DNA of 32,000 nt from Pseudomonas aeruginosa (GTDB lineage: Bacteria > Pseudomonadota > Gammaproteobacteria > Pseudomonadales > Pseudomonadaceae): NCBI RefSeq assembly GCF_001457615.1, contig NZ_LN831024.1, forward strand, positions 210,001-242,000, read 5' to 3'. Position numbers and translations under genes: made by a program. Under the pieces are notes generated by a model. The model did not search any database and was not told the origin of the DNA. It saw only the letters and a program-made list of their open reading frames with translations. Position 1 is the first letter of the stretch. Every line of letters begins with the position of its first letter. Below are positions 18,076 to 27,107 of the stretch, one piece after another.

Positions 18076-18795
18076 ATGAGTCTGTTAACCACCCCGCTCG
18101 AATCCGTCGAAGGCGCCGTCATCTGGCTGCTGGTCGGCTTTTCCGTGGTCACCTGGGGCCTGGCCCTGGTCAAGGGCGTGCAGTTCGCCCGGCAGAAGCG
18201 CCAGGACCGCCAGTTCCAGAAGCAGTTCTGGAGCGCCACCAGCCTCGACTCCGCCGGCGAGCAGGCGCAGGACAAGCAGGGCGCCGGCGCCCGCGTGGCC
18301 CAGGCCGGCTTCGCCGCGATCCAGGTGCAGGACAACGGCCAGCCCGACCTGGCCCAGTCGATCAACCACCAGGACCGTCTCGAACGCGCCCTGCGCCAGC
18401 AGATCCAGCGCGAGCGGCGTTCCCTGGAGTCGGGCCTGGCGGTGCTCGCCTCGATCGGCTCGACCTCGCCCTTCATCGGCCTGTTCGGCACCGTCTGGGG
18501 CATCATGGAGGCACTCAAGGGGATCAGCGCGGCCGGCTCGGCGAGCCTGGAGACCGTGGCCGGGCCGATCGGCAGCGCGCTGATCGCCACCGGCGTGGGA
18601 ATCGCCGTCGCGGTGCCGGCGGTGCTGGTCTACAACTACTTCCTGCGGCGCCTGAAGCTGACCGCCGCCGACCTCGACGACTTCGCCCACGACTTCTACA
18701 GCCTGGCGCAGAAGAGCGCGTTCCGCGTCATCGTCCATCCCTCCGCCGCGCGCCAGGCCGGCAACCCCTCGCGCAACGTGAAGGAGGCGTCCTGA
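18076..18795 (+). CDS. exbB1: ExbB/MotA/TolQ-family proton channel protein
   Basis: 239 aa with ASIGSTSPFIGLFGTVWGIMEALKGISAAGSASLETVAGPIGSALIATGVGIAVAVPAVLVYNYF. Confidence 0.95.
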   Translation: MSLLTTPLESVEGAVIWLLVGFSVVTWGLALVKGVQFARQKRQDRQFQKQFWSATSLDSAGEQAQDKQGAGARVAQAGFAAIQVQDNGQPDLAQSINHQDRLERALRQQIQRERRSLESGLAVLASIGSTSPFIGLFGTVWGIMEALKGISAAGSASLETVAGPIGSALIATGVGIAVAVPAVLVYNYFLRRLKLTAADLDDFAHDFYSLAQKSAFRVIVHPSAARQAGNPSRNVKEAS

Positions 18796-18796
18796 C

Positions 18797-19198
18797 ATGG
18801 CCTTCTCGACCCAGGACAGCGACGAAGTCCTTTCCGAAATCAACGTCACCCCGCTGGTCGACGTGATGCTGGTGCTGCTGGTGGTGTTCATCGTCACCGC
18901 GCCGCTGCTGACCAACTCGATCCCGATCAACCTGCCGAAGACCGAATCGGTGGCCCCGCCGGAGCAGAAGGATCCCCTGGTGGTGAGCATCGATGGCGCC
19001 GGCAAGCTGTTCGTCAACAAGGACGAGATCCAGCCGGAGCTGCTGGAGAGCAACCTGGCCGCGGCCAAGGCGAAGGACGCCGAGGTCCGCGTGCAGTTGC
19101 AGGCCGACGAAGGGGTGAACTACGGCCAGGTGGCGAAGGCCATGGCTTCCATCGAGCGCGCCGGGATCACCAGGCTGGCGGTGATCACCGCACGCTGA
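18797..19198 (+). CDS. exbD1: ExbD/TolR-family biopolymer transport protein
   Basis: 133 aa with LSEINVTPLVDVMLVLLVVFIVTAPLLTNSIPINLPKTES. Confidence 0.95.
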   Translation: MAFSTQDSDEVLSEINVTPLVDVMLVLLVVFIVTAPLLTNSIPINLPKTESVAPPEQKDPLVVSIDGAGKLFVNKDEIQPELLESNLAAAKAKDAEVRVQLQADEGVNYGQVAKAMASIERAGITRLAVITAR

Positions 19199-19243
19199 AG
19201 CGAATCCACGCCGTCCGGCGCAGGCCGGGCGGGCAACGGTTTC

Positions 19244-19282
19244 GACCGCTCCGATCCGGGCAGGGGAGAGCGGTCTTTTTTA
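19244..19282 (+). terminator. Strong intrinsic terminator of tonB-exbB-exbD
   Basis: GACCGCTC ... GAGCGGTC, a perfect 8-bp outer stem followed by TTTTTTT, 45 nt after the exbD stop. Confidence 0.88.
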
Positions 19283-19378
19283 TTCCGGATGGACGCTCCT
19301 CGGGTGTGTCCGCCGAGGCCGGGCTCGCGAATGCGTCGCGCACCCTGTCCGGCGCTCGCACGTCCCACGCCTGGGCGC

Positions 19379-19591
19379 TCAGGCCTGGCGTGCCGGCGCC
19401 TCCTGCTCCTTGGCGTCCTCCGTTCCTTCGACTTCCCATTCACCGGCCCAGTCCTCGCCGAACAGTTCGCTGGGATGCTGGGTGCGGCTGGCGCCGTTGC
19501 CGCAGCCCATAGATTCCGCCGAGCAATAGCGGTCGCAACCCCAGCAGATGCGCTCCGGATGGCTGGGATGGAGAGGAAATTTCTTGGCCAT
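19379..19591 (-). CDS. Small Cys-containing protein, DUF3079-like
   Basis: 70 aa: MAKKFPLHPSHPERICWGCDRYCSAESMGCGNGASRTQHPSELFGEDWAGEW. Matches my recollection of the DUF3079 consensus (CWGCDkYC..CGNGssRTqHP.ElfG.DW). Confidence 0.82.
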   Translation of the reverse strand: MAKKFPLHPSHPERICWGCDRYCSAESMGCGNGASRTQHPSELFGEDWAGEWEVEGTEDAKEQEAPARQA

Positions 19592-19806
19592 GATCCTGTC
19601 CCGATACCTGATGCCTGCGCTCAGGTATACCGCCGATGGCTTGCGCCGCCCAGGCGTTGCCGCGGAAAAGTGGCTTCGGCTTGCGCTGGATCAACTCGAT
19701 TGGCGTATATGTATTAATAGAATATTAAAATTGCTTTTTATTCCTTAGAGAAAAAAGGCTGCGCCCTTACACTTCCCTGGTGATGAATTTTTCTGGAGGG
19801 TTCTCC

Positions 19807-20388
19807 ATGCACAGCGAACGCGTCCGTTATGTGTTGGTGCCCGGTTGGTACGGCTCGGAAGACGCCCATTGGCAAAGTCACTGGCAGCGCGCGCTGCCCA
19901 ATGCCTCACGGGTCGAGCAACAGGACTGGATCACCCCGCTGCGCGCCGACTGGATCGCCGAGCTGGACGCCGAGATCCGCCGCCAGCCCGGGCCGGTGGT
20001 GCTGATCGCGCACAGCCTGGGTTGTGTGACAGTGGCGCTGTGGGCGGCCCAGGCCGAGCGCCGGGTGCGCGACCAGGTACGCGGCGCCCTGCTGGTGGCG
20101 CCGGCCGACGTCGAGCGCGAGAGCTGCGCCGAGGCGCTGCGCAACTTCGCGCCGATCAGCCGCGAGCCGTTGCCGTTCCCCAGCGTGCTGGTGGGTTCCG
20201 ACAACGACCAGGCCTGCAGCCCGCAGCGCGCCATGCACCTGGCCCGCGCCTGGGGCGCGGAGACGGTGATCCTGCCCGAGGCCGGGCACATCAACGTGAA
20301 GTCCGGCCACGGCGCCTGGGAGGCCGGCTACCGTCACCTGTTCCGCTTGCAGTACCTGATCGACAGCCAGGCTCGTCGCCGCGCCTGA
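19807..20388 (+). CDS. RBBP9/YdeN-like alpha/beta (serine) hydrolase
   Basis: The ATG at 19807 has a good upstream GGAGGG. VLVPGWYGSEDAHWQSHWQ, nucleophile region VLIAHSLGCVTVALWA, VGSDNDQACS and EAGHINVKSGHGAW. Confidence 0.9.
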   Translation: MHSERVRYVLVPGWYGSEDAHWQSHWQRALPNASRVEQQDWITPLRADWIAELDAEIRRQPGPVVLIAHSLGCVTVALWAAQAERRVRDQVRGALLVAPADVERESCAEALRNFAPISREPLPFPSVLVGSDNDQACSPQRAMHLARAWGAETVILPEAGHINVKSGHGAWEAGYRHLFRLQYLIDSQARRRA

Positions 20389-20498
20389 TCCTCCAGATCG
20401 TTAACCTTGGCGTAACGGTTCGTCGCCCGGCTTGATTGAACAGGCCTGGCGGCCTGCCTAACGTGGCTCCTCACGACAGCGTGAAACCTGGAGCCGAC

Positions 20499-22163
20499 AT
20501 GACGACACCGATCTCTCCCCCGCCGCAGTGGTCGCGGCGCCGCCAGGAAAAGCAGCGGCGCCTCGAGCGCGTGCGCGGCCTGGCTGACGGCGCGGTGCTG
20601 CCGCGCGAACGCCTGGTCGCCGCGCTGGAGGCGCTGATCGCGCCGGGCGATCGGGTGGTGCTGGAAGGCAACAACCAGAAGCAGGCGGATTTCCTCTCCC
20701 GTTCGCTGGCGCGGGTCGATCCCGGCAAGCTGCACGACCTGCACATGATCATGCCCAGCGTCGGCCGCCCGGAGCATCTCGACCTGTTCGAACTGGGCAT
20801 CGCGCGCAAGCTCGACTTCTCCTTCTCCGGCCCGCAGAGCTTGCGCATCGGCCAGTTGCTCGAAGACGGCCTGCTGGAGATCGGCGCGATCCACACCTAC
20901 ATCGAGCTGTACGCGCGGCTGGTGGTCGACCTGATCCCCAACGTGGCGCTGGTCGCCGGTTTCGTCGCCGACCGCGAAGGCAACGTGTACACCGGGCCGA
21001 GCACGGAAGACACCCCGGCGCTGGTGGAGCCCACCGCGTTCAGCGACGGCATCGTCATCGTCCAGGTCAACCGTATCGTCGACGACCCGCGCGACCTGCC
21101 GCGAGTGGATATCCCGGCGTCCTGGGTGGACTTCGTGGTCGAGGCCGACCAGCCGTTCTACATCGAGCCGCTGTTCACCCGCGACCCGCGCCACATCAAG
21201 CCGGTCCACGTGCTGATGGCGATGATGGCGATCCGCGGCATCTACCAGCGGCACAACGTGCAGTCGCTGAACCACGGCATCGGCTTCAACACCGCGGCCA
21301 TCGAGCTGATCCTGCCGACCTACGGCGAGTCCCTCGGCCTGAAGGGCAAGATCTGCCGACACTGGACCCTCAACCCGCACCCGACCCTTATCCCCGCCAT
21401 CGAGAGCGGCTGGGTCGAGAGCGTGCACTGCTTCGGCACCGAGCTGGGCATGGAGGGCTACATCGCCCAGCGTCCCGACGTGTTCTTCACCGGTCGCGAC
21501 GGCTCGCTGCGTTCCAATCGGATGTTCTGCCAACTGGCAGGACAATACGCCGTCGACCTGTTCATCGGCGCTACCCTCCAGGTCGACGGCGACGGCCATT
21601 CCTCCACCGTCACCCGCGGACGCCTGGCCGGTTTCGGCGGCGCCCCGAACATGGGCCACGACCCGCGCGGCCGGCGCCACTCGACGCCGGCCTGGCTGGA
21701 CATGCGGGGCGAACCCGAGGCCTTGCTGGAGCGCGGCAGGAAGCTGGTGGTGCAGATGGTCGAGACCTTCCAGGACGGCGGCAAGCCGACCTTCGTCGAG
21801 CGCCTCGACGCGCTGGAGGTGGCGCGCGAGACCGGCATGCCGCTGGCGCCGGTGATGATCTATGGCGACGACGTCACCCATGTGCTCACCGAGGAAGGCA
21901 TCGCCTACCTGTACAAGGCGCGCTCGCTGGAGGAGCGCCAGGCGATGATCGCGGCGGTGGCGGGGATCAGTCCGATCGGCCTGCGCCACGATCCGCGCGA
22001 GACCCTGCGGATGCGCCGCGAAGGGCTGATCGCGCTGCCCGAGGACCTCGGCATCCGCCGCACCGACGCCTCGCGCGAGCTGCTGGCGGCGAAGAGCATC
22101 GCCGAGCTGGTCGAGTGGTCCGGCGGGCTGTACCAGCCGCCGGCGCGTTTCAGGAGCTGGTGA
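20499..22163 (+). CDS. mdcA: Malonate decarboxylase alpha subunit (acetyl-S-ACP:malonate ACP transferase)
   Basis: 554 aa from [27 protein letters not shown]. First gene of a collinear mdcABCDEGH set. RBS CTGGAG lies just upstream. Confidence 0.95.
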   Translation: MTTPISPPPQWSRRRQEKQRRLERVRGLADGAVLPRERLVAALEALIAPGDRVVLEGNNQKQADFLSRSLARVDPGKLHDLHMIMPSVGRPEHLDLFELGIARKLDFSFSGPQSLRIGQLLEDGLLEIGAIHTYIELYARLVVDLIPNVALVAGFVADREGNVYTGPSTEDTPALVEPTAFSDGIVIVQVNRIVDDPRDLPRVDIPASWVDFVVEADQPFYIEPLFTRDPRHIKPVHVLMAMMAIRGIYQRHNVQSLNHGIGFNTAAIELILPTYGESLGLKGKICRHWTLNPHPTLIPAIESGWVESVHCFGTELGMEGYIAQRPDVFFTGRDGSLRSNRMFCQLAGQYAVDLFIGATLQVDGDGHSSTVTRGRLAGFGGAPNMGHDPRGRRHSTPAWLDMRGEPEALLERGRKLVVQMVETFQDGGKPTFVERLDALEVARETGMPLAPVMIYGDDVTHVLTEEGIAYLYKARSLEERQAMIAAVAGISPIGLRHDPRETLRMRREGLIALPEDLGIRRTDASRELLAAKSIAELVEWSGGLYQPPARFRSW

Positions 22164-23044
22164 TGAACGCCATCGCGAACCTCGCGGCGACGCCGTGTGC
22201 CGACCTCGGCGAATGCCTGGCCGACCTGGCGGTGGACGCCCTCATCGACGAAGCCGAACTGTCGCCCAAGCCGGCCCTGGTGGACCGCCGCGGCAATGGC
22301 GCGCATGCCGACCTGCACCTGGGCCTGATGCAGGCCTCGGCGCTGAGCCTGTGGCCGTGTTTCAAGGAAATGGCCGACGCCGCACAGCGGCATGGGCGCA
22401 TCGATGCGCGCCTGCGCGGCGTCCTTGGCCAACTGGGGCGCGACGGCGAGGCGGCGATGCTGCGTACCACCGAAGGCGTGAATACCCATCGCGGAGCGAT
22501 CTGGGCGCTCGGCCTGCTGGTCGCGGCCGCCGCTCTCGAACCGCGCCGCACGCAGGCCGGCGAAGTGGCCGCGCGCGCAGGACGCATCGCCCTGCTCGAC
22601 GATCCGGCGGCCGCCATCGGCGACAGCCACGGCGAGCGCGTCCGTCGGCGCTACGGCGTCGGCGGCGCCCGCGAGGAGGCGCGTCTCGGCTTCCCCCGCG
22701 CAGTGCGCCACGGCCTGCCGCAGCTATGGCGCAGCCGCGAAGGCGGCGCTGGCGAGCAGAACGCCAGGCTCGATGCGCTGCTGGCGATCATGAGCGTCCT
22801 CGACGATACCTGCGTGCTGCACCGCGCCGGCCGCGTCGGCCTCGCCGCGATGCAGGATGGCGCCCGCGCGGTGCTCGCCGCCGGCGGCAGCGCCAGTCTC
22901 GCCGGGCGTCGCCGCCTGTGCGAGCTGGACCGCCGCCTGCTGGCGCTGAACGCTTCGCCCGGCGGCGCCGCCGACCTGCTGGCCGCCTGTCTTTTCCTCG
23001 ATCGCCTGCCCGCCGTGTCCGGTGGGTGGGCTGGGAGTCTCTGA
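22163..23044 (+). CDS. mdcB: Triphosphoribosyl-dephospho-CoA synthase MdcB
   Basis: The ATG overlaps the mdcA stop. CitG-like [34 protein letters not shown] ... [17 protein letters not shown]. Confidence 0.94.
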   Translation: MNAIANLAATPCADLGECLADLAVDALIDEAELSPKPALVDRRGNGAHADLHLGLMQASALSLWPCFKEMADAAQRHGRIDARLRGVLGQLGRDGEAAMLRTTEGVNTHRGAIWALGLLVAAAALEPRRTQAGEVAARAGRIALLDDPAAAIGDSHGERVRRRYGVGGAREEARLGFPRAVRHGLPQLWRSREGGAGEQNARLDALLAIMSVLDDTCVLHRAGRVGLAAMQDGARAVLAAGGSASLAGRRRLCELDRRLLALNASPGGAADLLAACLFLDRLPAVSGGWAGSL

Positions 23045-23045
23045 G

Positions 23046-23345
23046 ATGGAAACCCTGACCTTCGAATTTCCCGCCGGCGCTCCGGCGCGCGGTCGCGCCC
23101 TGGCCGGCTGCGTCGGCTCCGGCGACCTGGAGGTGCTGCTCGAGCCGGCCGCCGGAGGCGCGCTGAGCATCCAGGTGGTGACCTCGGTAAACGGCAGCGG
23201 CCCGCGCTGGCAACAACTCTTCGCGCGGGTCTTCGCGGCGTCCACGGCGCCGGCCGCGTCGATCCGCATCCACGATTTCGGCGCCACTCCCGGGGTGGTC
23301 CGCCTGCGCCTGGAGCAGGCACTGGAGGAGGCTGGCCATGACTGA
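23046..23345 (+). CDS. mdcC: Malonate decarboxylase acyl carrier protein (delta subunit)
   Basis: 99 aa METLTFEFPAGAPARGRALAGCVGSGDLEVLLEPAAGGALSIQVVTSVNG...; the GSGDLEVLL region is typical of this family. Position is conserved between mdcB and mdcD. Confidence 0.93.
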   Translation: METLTFEFPAGAPARGRALAGCVGSGDLEVLLEPAAGGALSIQVVTSVNGSGPRWQQLFARVFAASTAPAASIRIHDFGATPGVVRLRLEQALEEAGHD

Positions 23346-24201
23346 CGTCGCCCGCCTGCTGGCGCTGCGCAGCTTCACCGAACTGGGAGCGCGCCAACGC
23401 GCCCGGGCCCTGCTTGACGCGGGCAGCTTCCGCGAGTTGCTCGATCCCTTCGCCGGCGTGCAGTCGCCCTGGCTGGAACGACAGGGCATCGTGCCCCAGG
23501 CCGACGATGGGGTAGTGGTCGCCCGTGGCCTCCTCGACGGCCAGCCGGCGGTGCTCGCCGCCATCGAAGGTGCTTTCCAGGGCGGCAGCCTTGGCGAAGT
23601 CAGCGGAGCGAAGATCGCCGGCGCGCTGGAGCTGGCCGCCGAGGACAATCGCAACGGCGTTCCGACCCGGGCCCTGCTGTTGCTGGAAACCGGTGGCGTG
23701 CGCCTGCAGGAAGCCAACCTCGGACTGGCGGCGATCGCCGAGATCCAGGCGGCCATCGTCGATCTGCAGCGCTACCAGCCGGTGGTGGCGGTGATCGCCG
23801 GGCCGGTCGGCTGCTTCGGCGGCATGTCCATCGCCGCCGGGCTGTGCAGCTACGTGCTGGTGACCCGCGAGGCGCGCCTCGGCTTGAACGGTCCGCAGGT
23901 GATCGAACAGGAGGCCGGCATCGCTGAATACGACTCGCGCGACCGGCCGTTCATCTGGAGCCTCACCGGCGGCGAGCAGCGCTTCGCCAGCGGTCTCGCC
24001 GACGCCTACCTGGCCGACGACCTCGATGAGGTACGCACCTCGGTACTCGCGTATTTCGCCAAGGGCCTGCCGGCACGGCCGCGCTGCCGCCGCGCCGAGG
24101 ATTACCTGCGGCGGCTGGGCGACCTCGATACCGCCGAGCAACCGGATGCCGCCGGCGTGCGCCGGCTGTACCAGGGGCTGGGCCAAGGAGATGCAACATG
24201 A
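23338..24201 (+). CDS. mdcD: Malonate decarboxylase beta subunit (carboxyltransferase-like)
   Basis: 287 aa; crotonase/carboxyltransferase-type VVAVIAGPVGCFGGMSIAAGLCSYVLVTREARLGLNGPQVIEQEAGIAEYDSRDR. Overlaps mdcC by 8 nt. Confidence 0.94.
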   Translation: MTDVARLLALRSFTELGARQRARALLDAGSFRELLDPFAGVQSPWLERQGIVPQADDGVVVARGLLDGQPAVLAAIEGAFQGGSLGEVSGAKIAGALELAAEDNRNGVPTRALLLLETGGVRLQEANLGLAAIAEIQAAIVDLQRYQPVVAVIAGPVGCFGGMSIAAGLCSYVLVTREARLGLNGPQVIEQEAGIAEYDSRDRPFIWSLTGGEQRFASGLADAYLADDLDEVRTSVLAYFAKGLPARPRCRRAEDYLRRLGDLDTAEQPDAAGVRRLYQGLGQGDAT

Positions 24202-25004
24202 GCCAACCGTTCGCTTCCCGTGGCCTGGCCTGGTTCCAGGCGCTGGCCGGTAGCCTCGCGCCGCGTCCCGGCGATCCTGCTTCGTTGCGCGTCGCCGATG
24301 CCGAGCTGGACGGCTACCCGGTGCGTTTCCTGGCCGTCGTGCCCGATCCCGACAATCCGTTCCCGCGCGCTCGCCAGGGCGAGGTCGGGCTGCTCGAGGG
24401 CTGGGGCCTGGCCGCCGCCGTCGACGAGGCGCTGGAGGCCGACCGCGAGGCGCCACGCAAGCGCGCGCTGCTGGCCATCGTCGACGTGCCGAGCCAGGCC
24501 TACGGCCGCCGCGAGGAGGCCCTGGGTATCCACCAGGCGCTGGCCGGGGCGGTGGATGCCTACGCCCGCGCCCGACTCGCCGGGCATCCGCTGATCGGCC
24601 TGCTGGTGGGCAAGGCGATGTCCGGCGCGTTCCTCGCCCACGGCTACCAGGCCAACCGCCTGATCGCCTTGCACGATCCGGGGGTGATGGTCCACGCCAT
24701 GGGCAAGGCCGCCGCCGCGCGGATCACCCTGCGCAGCGTCGAGGAACTGGAGGCGTTGGCGGCGAAGGTGCCGCCGATGGCCTACGACATCGACAGCTAC
24801 GCGTCGCTCGGCCTGCTCTGGAGGACCCTTCCGGTGGAGACCGTCGAGGTGCCGTCGACGGCGGACCTGGTGCGGGTCCGCACCTGCCTGGGCGAGGCCC
24901 TGGCCGATATCCTCGGCGGCCCGCGCGACCTCGGCGGCCGCCTCGGCGCGGCCAACCGCGAGGCGTCGGCGCGGGTGCGCCGGCTGCTGCGCGAGCAGTG
25001 GTGA
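24198..25004 (+). CDS. mdcE: Malonate decarboxylase gamma subunit
   Basis: 268 aa; RLAGHPLIGLLVGKAMSGAFLAHGYQANRLIALHDPGVMVHAMGKAAAARITLRSVEELE. 4-nt overlap with mdcD. Confidence 0.94.
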   Translation: MSQPFASRGLAWFQALAGSLAPRPGDPASLRVADAELDGYPVRFLAVVPDPDNPFPRARQGEVGLLEGWGLAAAVDEALEADREAPRKRALLAIVDVPSQAYGRREEALGIHQALAGAVDAYARARLAGHPLIGLLVGKAMSGAFLAHGYQANRLIALHDPGVMVHAMGKAAAARITLRSVEELEALAAKVPPMAYDIDSYASLGLLWRTLPVETVEVPSTADLVRVRTCLGEALADILGGPRDLGGRLGAANREASARVRRLLREQW

Positions 25005-25019
25005 ATTCAGGAGCGAGCC

Positions 25020-25712
25020 GTGGTCATCGCGAACAGCTCACAGCGGGGCTCCAGCCGGCGACGGCTCGCTCCTGATCCGATGCGTCGCAGGGCAGGGCCG
25101 GAACCCCATGACTTGCTCCTGGGCATGGCGCCGGCGCATTTGCCGGAGAATGCTCCGGCCTGGGTCTGCGCGGCACTGAAGGCCGGCTGGCCGGTGGTGG
25201 TGCGCCGTGCGCCGGCAGATCCTGCGCGGGTGGCCATCGGCGTGCGCGGCCTGGCGCGGGAGCAGCGCTGGGCCGGCTGGATGCCGTTGGCGGCAATCAC
25301 CCGGCGCTTGCGCCCGGAAGCGCTGGGCCAGCGCGAGCCGGCGATGCTGCGCGATCTGCCGGCCTGGCGTGCCTTGCGCGACCTGCGTGCGCCGCTGAAC
25401 GCGCTGGGACTGGCCTGGGGCGTGACCGGCGGCGCCGGTTTCGAGCTGGCCAGCGGGGTCGCCGTGCTGCATCCGGACAGCGACCTCGACCTGCTGCTGC
25501 GCACCCCGCGCCCGTTCCCGCGCGATGACGCGCTGCGCCTGCTGCAGTGCTTCGAGCAGTGTCCCTGCCGGATCGACCTGCAACTGCAGACCCCGGCGGG
25601 CGGCGTGGCCCTGCGCGAATGGGCCGAGGGTCGGCCCCGGGTGCTGGCGAAAGGCAGCGAGGCGCCGCTGTTGCTGGAAGACCCCTGGCGGATCGCGGAG
25701 GTCGAGGCATGA
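25020..25712 (+). CDS. mdcG: Malonate decarboxylase holo-ACP synthase (phosphoribosyl-dephospho-CoA transferase)
   Basis: About 230 aa with likely GTG start; PHDLLLGM, WPVVVRRAPADPARVAIGVRGLAREQRWAGWMP and HPDSDLDLLLRTPR (nucleotidyltransferase-like). Confidence 0.9.
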   Translation: MVIANSSQRGSSRRRLAPDPMRRRAGPEPHDLLLGMAPAHLPENAPAWVCAALKAGWPVVVRRAPADPARVAIGVRGLAREQRWAGWMPLAAITRRLRPEALGQREPAMLRDLPAWRALRDLRAPLNALGLAWGVTGGAGFELASGVAVLHPDSDLDLLLRTPRPFPRDDALRLLQCFEQCPCRIDLQLQTPAGGVALREWAEGRPRVLAKGSEAPLLLEDPWRIAEVEA

Positions 25713-26641
25713 GCGTGCTGTTCGCCTATCCCGGCCAGGGCGCCCAACGTCCCGGCATGCTCGCGGCCTTGCCCGACGAACCGCCGGTGCGCGCCTGCCT
25801 GGAGCAGGCGGCGGACTGTCTCGGCCAGGCGCCGGCCGAACTGGAGAGCGCCGAGGCCTTGCACGGCACCCGCGCGGTGCAGTTGTGCCTGCTGATCGCC
25901 GGGGTCGCCGCCAGCCGCCTGCTGGAGACGCGCGGGCATCGGCCGGGGCTGGTCGCCGGGCTGTCCATCGGCGCCTATCCGGCGGCGGTGGTAGCCGGCG
26001 CGCTGGACTTCGACGACGCGCTGCGTCTGGTGGCGCTGCGTGGCGAACTGATGCAGGCCGCCTGGCCCGAGGGCTACGGGATGAGCGCCATCCTCGGTCT
26101 CGAACAGGCGCAACTGGAAGCGCTGATCCTGGCGGTGCGGCGCGAGCACCCGCCGCTCTACCTGGCCAACGTCAACGCCGAGCGGCAACTGGTGGTGGCC
26201 GGCAGCGAAGCGGCTCTGGCCGCCCTCGCCGAACGCGCCCGTGCCGCCGGCGCCAGCGCGGCGAAGCGCCTGGCGGTGAGCGTACCGTCGCACTGTGCGC
26301 TGCTCGACGAACCGGCCGCGCGCCTGGCCGAAGCCTTCGCCGGCATCCGCCTGCATCGGCCGCGCGTGCCCTACCTGAGCAGCAGCCGGGCGCGCCTGGT
26401 CGCCGAACCGGCCGCGCTGGCCGACGATCTCGCCGGCAACATGGCGCGCCGCGTCGAGTGGCTGGCGACATTGCGCAGCGCCTACGAGCGCGGTGCCCGC
26501 CTGCATCTCGAGCTGCCGCCGGGACGGGTCCTCAGCGGTCTGGCGCGGCCTCTGTTCGGCTGCGCCACGCCGGCCTTCGAAGGCTCCCGGGCGGATACCC
26601 TGGACGCGCTGTTGCGCGAGGAGGAAAAGAGAACCCGATAA
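25709..26641 (+). CDS. mdcH: Malonyl-CoA:ACP transacylase-type protein (malonate decarboxylase epsilon subunit)
   Basis: 310 aa MSVLFAYPGQGAQRPGMLAALPDEPPV with active-site region VAGLSIGAYPAAVVAGALDF. 4-nt overlap with mdcG. Confidence 0.95.
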   Translation: MSVLFAYPGQGAQRPGMLAALPDEPPVRACLEQAADCLGQAPAELESAEALHGTRAVQLCLLIAGVAASRLLETRGHRPGLVAGLSIGAYPAAVVAGALDFDDALRLVALRGELMQAAWPEGYGMSAILGLEQAQLEALILAVRREHPPLYLANVNAERQLVVAGSEAALAALAERARAAGASAAKRLAVSVPSHCALLDEPAARLAEAFAGIRLHRPRVPYLSSSRARLVAEPAALADDLAGNMARRVEWLATLRSAYERGARLHLELPPGRVLSGLARPLFGCATPAFEGSRADTLDALLREEEKRTR

Positions 26642-26697
26642 GCGTTCGTTCGAGGCATAAAAACAACAACATCGATCCGCAACCGAGGACAACAATA

Positions 26698-27102
26698 ATG
26701 ATTATCTACGGTGTCGCACTGCTGTCTCTGTGTACCCTCGCCGGGCTGTTCATCGGCGAGATCCTTGGCGTGCTGCTCGGCGTGCCGGCCAACGTCGGTG
26801 GCGTCGGCATCGCCATGCTGCTGCTGATCTTCGTCGGCAGCTACCTGGGCAAGCGTGGCCTGCTCTCGGCGAAGACCGAGCAGGGCGTGGAGTTCTGGAG
26901 CGCGGTCTACATTCCCATCGTGGTCGCCATGGCCGCCCAGCAGAATGTCCTCGGCGCGCTGAGCGGCGGGCCGGCCGCTATCCTCGCCGGCATCGCCGCG
27001 GTCGCCGTGGCCTTCGCCCTGGTCCCGCTGCTCGACCGCTTCGGCCGGAAGAAAGCCGAAGGCGCCCCGCCATTGAAACCGCGCACCAGCGTGCAGGGGT
27101 GA
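26698..27102 (+). CDS. madL: Malonate transporter subunit MadL
   Basis: 134 aa membrane protein MIIYGVALLSLCTLAGLFIGEILGVLLGVPANVGGVGIAMLLLIFVGSYLGKRG, paired with madM. Confidence 0.93.
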   Translation: MIIYGVALLSLCTLAGLFIGEILGVLLGVPANVGGVGIAMLLLIFVGSYLGKRGLLSAKTEQGVEFWSAVYIPIVVAMAAQQNVLGALSGGPAAILAGIAAVAVAFALVPLLDRFGRKKAEGAPPLKPRTSVQG

Positions 27103-27107
27103 GCGCC

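Noticed and set aside
20334-21989. 551 aa minus-strand ORF opposite mdcA
   Set aside because: Shadow ORF; His/Gln/Arg-rich random-looking sequence against a clearly homologous mdcA.
22651-24456. 601 aa minus-strand ORF opposite mdcB-mdcE
   Set aside because: Spans four densely packed, family-recognisable genes on the other strand; no own motifs or RBS evidence.
25007-26695. 562 aa minus-strand ORF opposite mdcG-mdcH
   Set aside because: Antisense artefact of GC3 bias; real genes on plus strand have correct motifs and overlaps.
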